The translations under genes and the position numbers were made by a program. DNA of 64,000 nucleotides from a bacterium (GTDB lineage: Bacteria; Patescibacteriota; Patescibacteriia; UBA1558; S5-K13), in contig DAORGW010000001.1 in assembly GCA_035356975.1 (NCBI GenBank), positions 4,951 to 68,950 of the forward strand, in the 5' to 3' direction. Below, piece after piece: positions 29,137 through 36,512 of this stretch. Each line of letters begins with the position of its first letter. The first letter of the stretch is position 1. Below the pieces are notes generated by a model, which ran no database searches, was not told the origin of the DNA, and was given only the letters and a program-made list of their open reading frames with translations.

Positions 29137-30153
29137 TTAAAGTTTAATGTGATTTTTTGTTAAAAGTCCAGATTGTGCACCAATGTTTGATACAACGCCT
29201 CCACTTCTAAGCATTGCTAGTTTTAAAGATTTTTTAATATCATTATTATAAATAATAAGTCCCGCGACAAAACTCGAATTAAATGCATCACCCGCTCCTG
29301 TTGTGTTTATTGATTTTTGTTTTGTGGCTTTTTCAAAATATATATTTTTTCCATCATAGACGTATGCGCCTAAATGTCCATAAGTTATAACACAGGTTTT
29401 TAGTCCCCACGAACACATTGTTTTTAATAATTTTTCTGCATTATCGGTTTTTATACCACTACTTTTTACTAAATCAATTGCTTCGGATTTATTTAAGCAA
29501 AAAATTTCTATATTTTTAAAATATTTTTTAAAAAATTTATAACCCAAGTTTAATTGTGGAACACCGGGATTCCAGGCTATTTTTATATTTTTATTTTTAG
29601 CAACTTCAAAAATTGTATTTATGTTTTTTGTAAATAAATTTTGTTTTCCACCAAGTGACGCAATATAAAACCATTTGGAATTTATGTTAGATAATTTTTG
29701 TTTTGAAATATTAAGTAGTGAATTTGCTCCACGATGTGTGAATAAAATGTGCTCATTATAATTTCCAAAATTTATAATAAAAGAAAATCCCGCATGAATT
29801 TTCTGTGATTTTGTAATATTTGATATGTCAATTTTTTTATTTTTAAGTTCTTTCATGATTGCATCAGAAAACCAGTCATCACCTAAATTTGTGAATATTG
29901 AAGTTTTGAGCTCTAAGTTTGAAAAACTTACAGCTGTATTCATACCACCACCTCCAAATGTCATATGAACATCATCCGAATTTATTTTTCCACCATATTC
30001 AAATGCTAAAAGTTCTGGTGCTAAAATATTTTTTTTATTCTTTATAATTATAGCTTCTTTTGTGTAGTACATTATATCTTGAGTTGCTCCACCAAAAGTT
30101 ACCATATCAAATTGTTTTTTCATAAAATAAATAAAATTAGTTTCTAAAACCAT
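29137..30153 (-). CDS. PfkB-family carbohydrate kinase (ribokinase-like)
   Basis: TGAGDAFNSSFVAGL matches the PfkB signature. The true start is probably M17 (about 30105). Confidence 0.75.
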   Translation of the reverse strand: MVLETNFIYFMKKQFDMVTFGGATQDIMYYTKEAIIIKNKKNILAPELLAFEYGGKINSDDVHMTFGGGGMNTAVSFSNLELKTSIFTNLGDDWFSDAIMKELKNKKIDISNITKSQKIHAGFSFIINFGNYNEHILFTHRGANSLLNISKQKLSNINSKWFYIASLGGKQNLFTKNINTIFEVAKNKNIKIAWNPGVPQLNLGYKFFKKYFKNIEIFCLNKSEAIDLVKSSGIKTDNAEKLLKTMCSWGLKTCVITYGHLGAYVYDGKNIYFEKATKQKSINTTGAGDAFNSSFVAGLIIYNNDIKKSLKLAMLRSGGVVSNIGAQSGLLTKNHIKL

Positions 30154-30381
30154 TATTATTATAGCACAATATTTTGATTGAGAAAAATTACAAAATATAA
30201 AAAAATAGCCAATAATTGACCATTTTTTATTTTATTATTTGCCTTTTTGTTGTGTGCCAATGCGTGGAGTTTTTATTAATACTAATTGTTTTATTTAAAA
30301 TTGTATTTATTTATTACCTACTCAATCACACCTCCCTCTGTATAATCAGAAAACAATGACTCATCTAGATCATATACTAAC

Positions 30382-30678
30382 TTATTCCAAATTATTGTCA
30401 TAATCTCCTATAGGAAGCCAACCAGTTCCTGTTGTCATTGCTGTTTTGAATTCAGAAACACTAGAATATCCATCTGGAATTGTTAAGTCATAACTATTAT
30501 CATCATTGAAATCTAGATCTGTAACTAGTTCATAGTTGCCATTTAATGTACTTCTTACATTATATAGATCTTGAATACTACTTATTGTAGTTGTTGCTGC
30601 TTTTGTGGTATTTATACTTATTATAAAGAATAAAAATACAACACAAAAGAAGATTAAATATTTGTTTAGTTTATTCAT
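30382..30678 (-). pseudogene. Truncated N-terminal fragment of a large surface protein (signal peptide plus start of a repeat/GLUG-like region)
   Basis: Signal peptide, then ISSIQDLYNVRSTLNGNYELVTDLDFNDD, a motif that usually opens much larger adhesin-like proteins. The ORF stops after 98 aa. The +1 frame continues for about 20 more codons before stopping. Confidence 0.35.
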
Positions 30679-30720
30679 AAAAATTAATATTATTATTTAA
30701 TAATATTATTATAACATAAA

Positions 30721-30960
30721 TTACATGGGGGGGTAGATATTCCCCCAACCTCGCAGGTTGGCAACCTCGAAGGTTGAAAATATATAAATAATAAAAACCG
30801 GGCCATAAACCCAGTTTTTGCAATATCTGAAAGTCCAGTGTGGAAAGACTCCAAACATTAATTTTGGGTTGAGTTCTGAGATTAGCACCATGGTGCTAAA
30901 ACTACCCGAGCTCCCAACGTTGTAGATGTAAAGTTCCAAATTCTGAACCATCAGACAATT
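30721..30960. ncRNA. GC-rich structured non-coding region, class unassigned (candidate ncRNA or leader)
   Basis: Non-coding GC island in an AT-rich genome. Hairpins gggggg-tagatatt-ccccc, caacctcgcaggttg, caacctcgaaggttg and agcacc-atg-ggtgct. The 76-aa track ORF here looks spurious. Confidence 0.25.
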
Positions 30961-31040
30961 TAATTATATCATGAATGAAAATAATTAAAAAACGGGTTTC
31001 CTGCCCAGAAAACTCGTTTACTATTTTATCAAAGATAAAA

Positions 31041-31634
31041 TTAATCTAAAATTCCATCAAGATTTACATCGTAAAGAATTTTTTCATTTAAGTGTGTGTA
31101 TTTTATAATCTCATAATCTTTAAACCAAACATTTATTTCTCTTTGTGCTTCTTCTACTTCATCGGAGCAATGAACTAAGTTTCTTACACATCTTGCATCA
31201 ATATTCGCTAGCTCATATGAATCAATTGTATAATCACTTCTTATTGTTCCAACGTCTGATGTAAGTGGTTCTGTGCCACCAACTAGTTTTTTAACAATTC
31301 CAATAGATTTGTTTCCCTCGAAAACCATTACTAATATTGGCCCAGCTGTTATAAAAGAAACATTTCCTTCTAACATATCTTTACCATATTCTAATTCCGT
31401 TTTTTCAATTGGTAGATTTTTATTTTTTCTATTTTCTACTGTTTTAGTGCCAACTTTTAAAAACCAAGCTTCATCTTTATTATAATGGGCTAGTGCTTGT
31501 TCTCTTGTTGCTACTGTAAATTTTGCTGCAACCATTTTTAGACCAGTTTTTTCAATTCTAGATATTATTTCACCCATTAGACTTCTTTGTATTGAGTCCG
31601 GCTTTAGAATAACTAATGTTCTTTCGTTTTTCAT
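31041..31634 (-). CDS. ndk: Nucleoside diphosphate kinase with a 30-45 aa internal insertion
   Basis: ERTLVILKPD, GTIRSDY and NLVHCSD (active-site His) are conserved. An extra segment sits between the helix-hairpin and the Kpn loop. Confidence 0.75.
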   Translation of the reverse strand: MKNERTLVILKPDSIQRSLMGEIISRIEKTGLKMVAAKFTVATREQALAHYNKDEAWFLKVGTKTVENRKNKNLPIEKTELEYGKDMLEGNVSFITAGPILVMVFEGNKSIGIVKKLVGGTEPLTSDVGTIRSDYTIDSYELANIDARCVRNLVHCSDEVEEAQREINVWFKDYEIIKYTHLNEKILYDVNLDGILD

Positions 31635-31678
31635 GATTTTGTTTGGAGTTTGATCGAGTTAAACCCGATTAGCTCGTA

Positions 31679-32086
31679 TTATTTTAATATTTCTTTAACT
31701 TTATCAACAACTTGAGCTGGAGTAAGATTTGCTTTAACTAGATAATCTTTCGCACCCAACTCATTTCCTTTTTTAATATCTTCGTCTTGACCTAGATTTG
31801 TAAGCATTATAACTGGAATATTTTTGGTCTTTGCGTCTGATTTTAATTCTTTTAAAACCATAAACCCGTCCATTTCAGGCATTATTACATCAAGTAAAAT
31901 TATGTTTGGATTTTCTTTTTGCGCTAATTCTAAACCAGTTTTTCCATTTGATGCTTTCATTGGTTCAAATCCTTCTTTTTCAAATTTAGAAATATACATA
32001 TTTACCAACATTTCCTCGTCTTCCACTATTAAAACTTTAATTTTTTTATTTGTCATAGCTTTTATTTTAACATTAAAAAATCCCAT
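31679..32086 (-). CDS. Single-domain response regulator (CheY-like receiver)
   Basis: KVLIVEDEEMLVNMY...ILLDVIMPEMDGF. 135 aa. Confidence 0.8.
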   Translation of the reverse strand: MGFFNVKIKAMTNKKIKVLIVEDEEMLVNMYISKFEKEGFEPMKASNGKTGLELAQKENPNIILLDVIMPEMDGFMVLKELKSDAKTKNIPVIMLTNLGQDEDIKKGNELGAKDYLVKANLTPAQVVDKVKEILK

Positions 32087-32125
32087 TAGAGATTGTTTTT
32101 ATTATATATTAATCAATTAAAAAGG

Positions 32126-33001
32126 TCAATTTTTATATTCTGTATAATAATTTTCTCCGTCTGATTTTATTATAATATTTCCCAGCTCATCATTTCTTAA
32201 AATTTTTGAGCCATTTTTTATAATTCTATCAAGTGCTTCTTTATGTGGATGTCCAAATTTATTATCAGATCCAGATTGAATTATTGTAATTTCTGGCTTT
32301 ATTGTATTTAATAAATTGTCACAATTTGAATATTTTGAGCCATGGTGAGATGCTTTAAAAATTTCTGATTTTAAATTCGTATTATCTTTTAAAATTATAT
32401 TTTCAATTTCACACGATGCATCTCCATTAAAAATAGCATCAAAATTTTTGTAAGTTAATTTTATTGAAACACTTGCATCATTTAAATTTTCTACTGTTTT
32501 TGTTTTTGGCATATAAATAATAGACAAATATAAATTTTCATCAATTTCATATCTGTCTCCTAGTTTTGGTTTTGTAATTTCTAAATTATAATCATTTATA
32601 ATTTTTTTCATATAATTATAATCAGATAAATTAACATCAATCCCTGAATAAATTATTTTTTGAGTTTTGTATTTTTTAATTATGGGAATTAGCCCATAAT
32701 AATGATCTTTATGTGGATGGGTAATAATTATTAAATCAATTTTATTATTTCTATAAGCTATGAATTTGTTTATTTTTTCTGGTAAATCTGAGTCGGGTCC
32801 ACCATCAATTAAAATATTTTTTCCGGTTTGAGTTTTTATTAAAATCGCGTCACCTTGACCAACATCAATGAAAATAATATTTAATAATTTGTCATTTTTT
32901 TCGTATGTATAATAAAATCCTAAAATCAAAACTATAATTATTATAAAAATTATTTTTTTAGTCATATTGTTTTTTAGATTTTTTAAAAACAAAATAAACA
33001 A
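32126..33001 (-). CDS. comEC: ComEC C-terminal metallo-beta-lactamase domain protein
   Basis: DVGQGDAILIKT and HPHKDH (HxHxDH). Overlaps the upstream competence-domain ORF by 44 nt in a different frame. Confidence 0.7.
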   Translation of the reverse strand: MFILFLKNLKNNMTKKIIFIIIIVLILGFYYTYEKNDKLLNIIFIDVGQGDAILIKTQTGKNILIDGGPDSDLPEKINKFIAYRNNKIDLIIITHPHKDHYYGLIPIIKKYKTQKIIYSGIDVNLSDYNYMKKIINDYNLEITKPKLGDRYEIDENLYLSIIYMPKTKTVENLNDASVSIKLTYKNFDAIFNGDASCEIENIILKDNTNLKSEIFKASHHGSKYSNCDNLLNTIKPEITIIQSGSDNKFGHPHKEALDRIIKNGSKILRNDELGNIIIKSDGENYYTEYKN

Positions 33002-34427
33002 TCACAACATATGAAAAAAACATAAAAAGCAATGAAAAATTATTTATCGAAATACTCGCAAAAGTTATTTTTGATAATTCATTTGCTGTTTTTATCATTA
33101 ATTGTAAATTTGCATAATTAAAAAATCCAATTATTTTGGCAAAATCTAAATTTATATAAGAAAAAACAACAGCAAAAAACGAAACCAACATATTAATTGA
33201 AATAAGTGGCAAAATTAAAAGATTTGATATAGGAGAAATAATTGATAATTGTTTGAATTGATAAATCAAAATTGGTGTGGTTGTAATTATTGCAGAAATA
33301 CTTGATGTAAGCGATGAGCGGATTTCAAGTGATTCTGGTAAAAATTCGAAATATTTTTCTATAAGTGGACTTATATAAATTAATCCATAAGTTGCAAAAA
33401 AACTAAGTTGAAATCCCACGTCATAGAAAATTGTATATGGGTTTATCATAGCAATTATAAATGTGCTGTATGATAAAAGTAGTGAATTTTTCATTATTTT
33501 TCCAATGTTTTGAGAAAACATAAGGATTATTGCCATAATTGCTGCTCTTATTGTCGAAGCACCGAGTCCTGATAAAAACACGAATCCAATTACAATAAAG
33601 CAAATTATTATAAATGATTTTTTTCTGTTTACCCCAGCTGATATAAGTAAATTTAAACAAACCAGGGAAATTATACTTACATGCATTCCAGAGACAACAA
33701 TTATGTGACTTATTCCAATTCTTTTGAAGTCGTTTTTTATTCCTTCTGACACGATATTTTTTCCAAATAATAATCCGTTTATAAAAGATGAATATGGCTC
33801 GGGCCAAATTGAATCAGAGTGGTCAAATAAATTTTTTCTAAGTTTATAAATTAAACCTATGATTTTGTTTCCATTGTTGTGTGATATAATCTCTATATTT
33901 CTCGATGAACAAATTGAATAAATGTTTTGTTTCATTAGGTATTTGTCATAAGAAAAGTTTTCAATTTTTTCGGGGCGCTTCAGCTCACAATCAAAGACTA
34001 TTTCATCCCCGTAATTATATTGTGGATATAAATCTGTTGTTACAAGTAGGTTTCCAGAGATTTCTTTGTTTTCCTCAATAATTGCCTTTGTTTCTATGGT
34101 TAATTTTTGATAATTGATTCTTTCATCTGGAAGCGCCCCCACAACGCCTTTTATTTTTAAAAATTTCCCAGTATAAAACCAGATTTTTGTGTTATCATTT
34201 CTTTCAATTTTTAAAACATTAGTTCTATAAAATCCAAGAATTAAAAAAATAAATATTAAAAAAATAATACTTATTTTAAATTTATTTAAAGTTACAAATA
34301 ATACAAAAAATAGTATTATTGCATATATAAGATAGTTTTTTTCAATTGAAATATTAGAAAAACATGAAATCGCGATTCCAATTAGAAATGTAATGCAGAG
34401 TATTATATTTTTTAATGTTTTGTTCAT
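32958..34427 (-). CDS. comEC: ComEC/Rec2 competence membrane channel domain protein
   Basis: GISHIIVVSGMHVSII is the competence-domain motif. Polytopic. Confidence 0.7.
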   Translation of the reverse strand: MNKTLKNIILCITFLIGIAISCFSNISIEKNYLIYAIILFFVLFVTLNKFKISIIFLIFIFLILGFYRTNVLKIERNDNTKIWFYTGKFLKIKGVVGALPDERINYQKLTIETKAIIEENKEISGNLLVTTDLYPQYNYGDEIVFDCELKRPEKIENFSYDKYLMKQNIYSICSSRNIEIISHNNGNKIIGLIYKLRKNLFDHSDSIWPEPYSSFINGLLFGKNIVSEGIKNDFKRIGISHIIVVSGMHVSIISLVCLNLLISAGVNRKKSFIIICFIVIGFVFLSGLGASTIRAAIMAIILMFSQNIGKIMKNSLLLSYSTFIIAMINPYTIFYDVGFQLSFFATYGLIYISPLIEKYFEFLPESLEIRSSLTSSISAIITTTPILIYQFKQLSIISPISNLLILPLISINMLVSFFAVVFSYINLDFAKIIGFFNYANLQLMIKTANELSKITFASISINNFSLLFMFFSYVVIVYFVFKKSKKQYD

Positions 34428-34482
34428 ATTTTAGGAATTAGGAACTGGGATTTAGGATTTGGGAACCGGGAATTGGGATGCG
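34428..34482. repeat. 7-mer tandem array (about 7 units, GGRWYYR) abutting the comEC start codon
   Basis: ggaatta ggaactg ggattta ggatttg ggaaccg ggaattg ggatgcg. On the coding strand this gives TCC every 7 nt, directly 5' of the ATG. Confidence 0.45.
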
Positions 34483-34486
34483 CAAT

Positions 34487-34855
34487 TCATTTTGTTCTTA
34501 AAGAACTTATTAATTTATTTAGCATTTTATGAATTATCACTATCTTTTCTATTATTTCTTTTAACTTTTCTCGTGTTATATAATTTAAATCCATTGATAC
34601 AAAAACTTGACTTTGTAATTCTATTTAAAGAACCAAGTGCTATTCTATAAAAATATATCTTATCTCTGTGTGATATTCTTCCAAATCCTTCTCTTATGTT
34701 TGATATTATAGATCCGAAGATCTTCTCATTTGATTTTTTAATGAAAATAATTCATCTTTTGGAAAGTTTTTGGTTATTTTGTAAATTTCTAAAACTAAAA
34801 CTCTCCCATGTTTCCAAACATTGAAGTTTTCAAAATTCAAAAAATCGCCTTTCAT
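34487..34855 (-). pseudogene. Four-helix-bundle protein (23S rRNA intervening-sequence protein family, TIGR02436-like) disrupted by about two frameshifts
   Basis: Three frames together give MKGDFLNFENFNVWKHGRVLVLEIYKITKNFPKDELFSLKNQMRRSS / SIISNIREGFGRISHRDKIYFYRIALGSLNRITKSSFCIN / DLNYITREKLKEIIEKIVIIHKMLNKLISSLRTK. This matches the family consensus (FPKEE.Y.LTSQLRRAA.SI.SNIAEG....IA.GS..E..TQL.IA..LGYI...E......I.KML..LI.SL). No minus-strand ORF of at least 60 aa is listed here. Confidence 0.55.
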
Positions 34856-34996
34856 ATTATTTAAAATTAGTTATTAACCCTATGCATGTCCTGAGTCCTA
34901 AATCTCAATAAAAAAAGCCACCTGCTCGTATTCTACGCAAAGCGTTGTAAACGAGATTGGCGACCTATTTGTATATTAGAACTATTATTTAAAAAG

Positions 34997-36046
34997 TCAA
35001 ATTTTATTTTTCAATACACTTTCAATAAAATTCAATATTTCTCCATCAAGTACTCTTTGAGTATCACTTGTTTCATATTTACTGCGTAAATCCTTTACCA
35101 TTTTGTATGGATGAAGAACATAAGATCTAATTTGATTTCCCCAGGCAGCTTGTTTTATTTCTCCCTTTATTTTTTTCTTTTCTTCGTCTGATTTTTCTTC
35201 GTAATATTTTGCAAGTTTAGATTTCAAATATTTCATTGCAGTTTCTTTGTTTTGTGATTGAGACCTTTGGTTTTGACATGTTACAACAATTCCAGTTGGA
35301 ATATGTGTGATTCTAACCGCAGAATCAGTTGTGTTTACATGTTGACCACCTGCGCCGGATGCTCGGTAAGTATCAATTTTTAAATCCTTTTCATTTATTT
35401 CTACTTCGATATCTTCAATTTCGGGAAAAACATTTACCATTGCAAATGAAGTGTGCCTAGCATTGTCAGCGTCAAATGGTGAAAGACGAACTAATCTGTG
35501 AACCCCATCCTCGGCTTTTAGATATCCATAAACATAATTACCTGTAATTTCTATTGTTATACTTTTATATCCAGCTTCTTCGCCTTTGTTTTCATCAATA
35601 ATTTGCGTATCCCAATTCATTTTTTCTGCGAACCTTAAATACATTCTAAGCAACACTTCTACCCAATCTTGGGATTCTGTGCCACCCGCTCCCGCAAAAA
35701 TATTTATAATTGCATTTTTGTCATCATATTTATCTCTAAAAAGTAATTTTATTTCAAATGATTTTAATTTTTTTTCTAAATCATAAATTTTTTGTATTTC
35801 AGTTTTTTCTGAGAGTTCATTAATTTCTTTTTCTAGTGAATTAATTGTTGTAATTTCACTTTCCAAAAATTTTAATTTTTGTGATAATTTTTTTGCATTT
35901 TCTTGATTAGTCCAAAAATTAGAATCAGACATTTTATTTTGAATTTCACTAATTTCTTTTTCATATTTTTTTAAATCAAAAAATGGTTTTAGTTTTTCGA
36001 AGCCAATTTGTAATTGTTTAATTTTGTCTTGCAATTCTTGATCCAT
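34997..36046 (-). CDS. prfB: Peptide chain release factor 2, uninterrupted ORF
   Basis: SPF tripeptide and GGQ motif (GAGGQHVNTTDSAVR). 349 aa with no in-frame UGA. Confidence 0.9.
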   Translation of the reverse strand: MDQELQDKIKQLQIGFEKLKPFFDLKKYEKEISEIQNKMSDSNFWTNQENAKKLSQKLKFLESEITTINSLEKEINELSEKTEIQKIYDLEKKLKSFEIKLLFRDKYDDKNAIINIFAGAGGTESQDWVEVLLRMYLRFAEKMNWDTQIIDENKGEEAGYKSITIEITGNYVYGYLKAEDGVHRLVRLSPFDADNARHTSFAMVNVFPEIEDIEVEINEKDLKIDTYRASGAGGQHVNTTDSAVRITHIPTGIVVTCQNQRSQSQNKETAMKYLKSKLAKYYEEKSDEEKKKIKGEIKQAAWGNQIRSYVLHPYKMVKDLRSKYETSDTQRVLDGEILNFIESVLKNKI

Positions 36047-36157
36047 TGATTTTTTGATTTAAAAGGGGTTATGATTAAATTATAAAGCATGTTTGTAATT
36101 TATCATAGATTTTTTTTGGTAGCAACTGAGTGGAGTCAATGCTCAGTAGGAGGAAAA

Positions 36158-36331
36158 ATGGGAGAAAACAGAAACAGAGACAGGAGGAACAACAAGAGAA
36201 AGCGCGAACAGAGAAAAGTGTTTGGTCACAGTTCAAATGAAACAAAGACCAATCAAGTGAGAATTCACAAACAGAAAAAACACAGACACAATAAGAGTGA
36301 TAAAAAATATCACCAAGGAGGCACACATTGA
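36158..36331 (+). CDS. Candidate small, highly basic protein (57 aa, R/K/H-rich)
   Basis: gtaggaggaaaaATG is a perfect Shine-Dalgarno at ideal spacing. MGENRNRDRRNNKRKREQRKVFGHSSNETKTNQVRIHKQKKHRHNKSDKKYHQGGTH. A strong hairpin terminator follows immediately. Confidence 0.35.
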   Translation: MGENRNRDRRNNKRKREQRKVFGHSSNETKTNQVRIHKQKKHRHNKSDKKYHQGGTH

Positions 36332-36352
36332 AGACTTATTTTAATCCCAACT

Positions 36353-36392
36353 AAAAAGGGTTTGCTATATTTAACAAAGCAGACCCTTTTCA
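36353..36392. terminator. Intrinsic terminator hairpin (11-bp stem, one G-U pair)
   Basis: aagggtttgct-atatttaacaa-agcagaccctt, flanked by A-run and T-run. It could serve the small plus-strand ORF and the minus-strand hydrogenase operon. Confidence 0.45.
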
Positions 36393-36395
36393 TTT

Positions 36396-36510
36396 ACCAT
36401 TTTCTATTTTCAATTTCCAATTGATTTACTATTTATAAATTTTTCAATTGTAAATAAATAATAAATAGCCAAATAGAAAATCAATTCAAAATAAAAAATA
36501 ATAAATTGAA
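36396..36510. repeat. AT-rich ~115-bp intergenic repeat element (family 2), copy 2, in inverted orientation
   Basis: Its reverse complement aligns at about 75% identity with 28445-28556. It abuts the hydrogenase stop codon. Confidence 0.5.
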
Positions 36511-36512
36511 AA

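Noticed and set aside
30721-30951. 76-aa ORF on the minus strand (MVQNLELYIY...)
   Set aside because: It lies entirely within the hairpin-dense GC island. It has no RBS, and its amino-acid composition is atypical for this genome. It is more likely non-coding structure than a gene.
30679-31040. RNase P RNA or TPP riboswitch assignment for the GC island
   Set aside because: GAAAGUCCAG and CAGAAAACUCG resemble P4 strands but are only about 180 nt apart, and other conserved RNase P regions are not evident. The CUGAGA/ACCC/UGAACC order resembles a THI element, but it is on the plus strand with no downstream plus-strand gene, and the pyrimidine-sensing helix consensus does not match. This needs a covariance-model scan.
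34997-36046. Programmed +1 frameshift in prfB
   Set aside because: The RF2 ORF is continuous from its ATG (349 aa) with no in-frame UGA near the N-terminus. This copy has no autoregulatory frameshift site. It also argues against UGA recoding in this organism.
36075-36326. Cys-rich 83-aa minus-strand ORF antisense to the small basic-peptide ORF
   Set aside because: No RBS. It mirrors the purine-rich plus strand, and the plus-strand ORF has the Shine-Dalgarno and terminator, so the minus-strand ORF is treated as a shadow.
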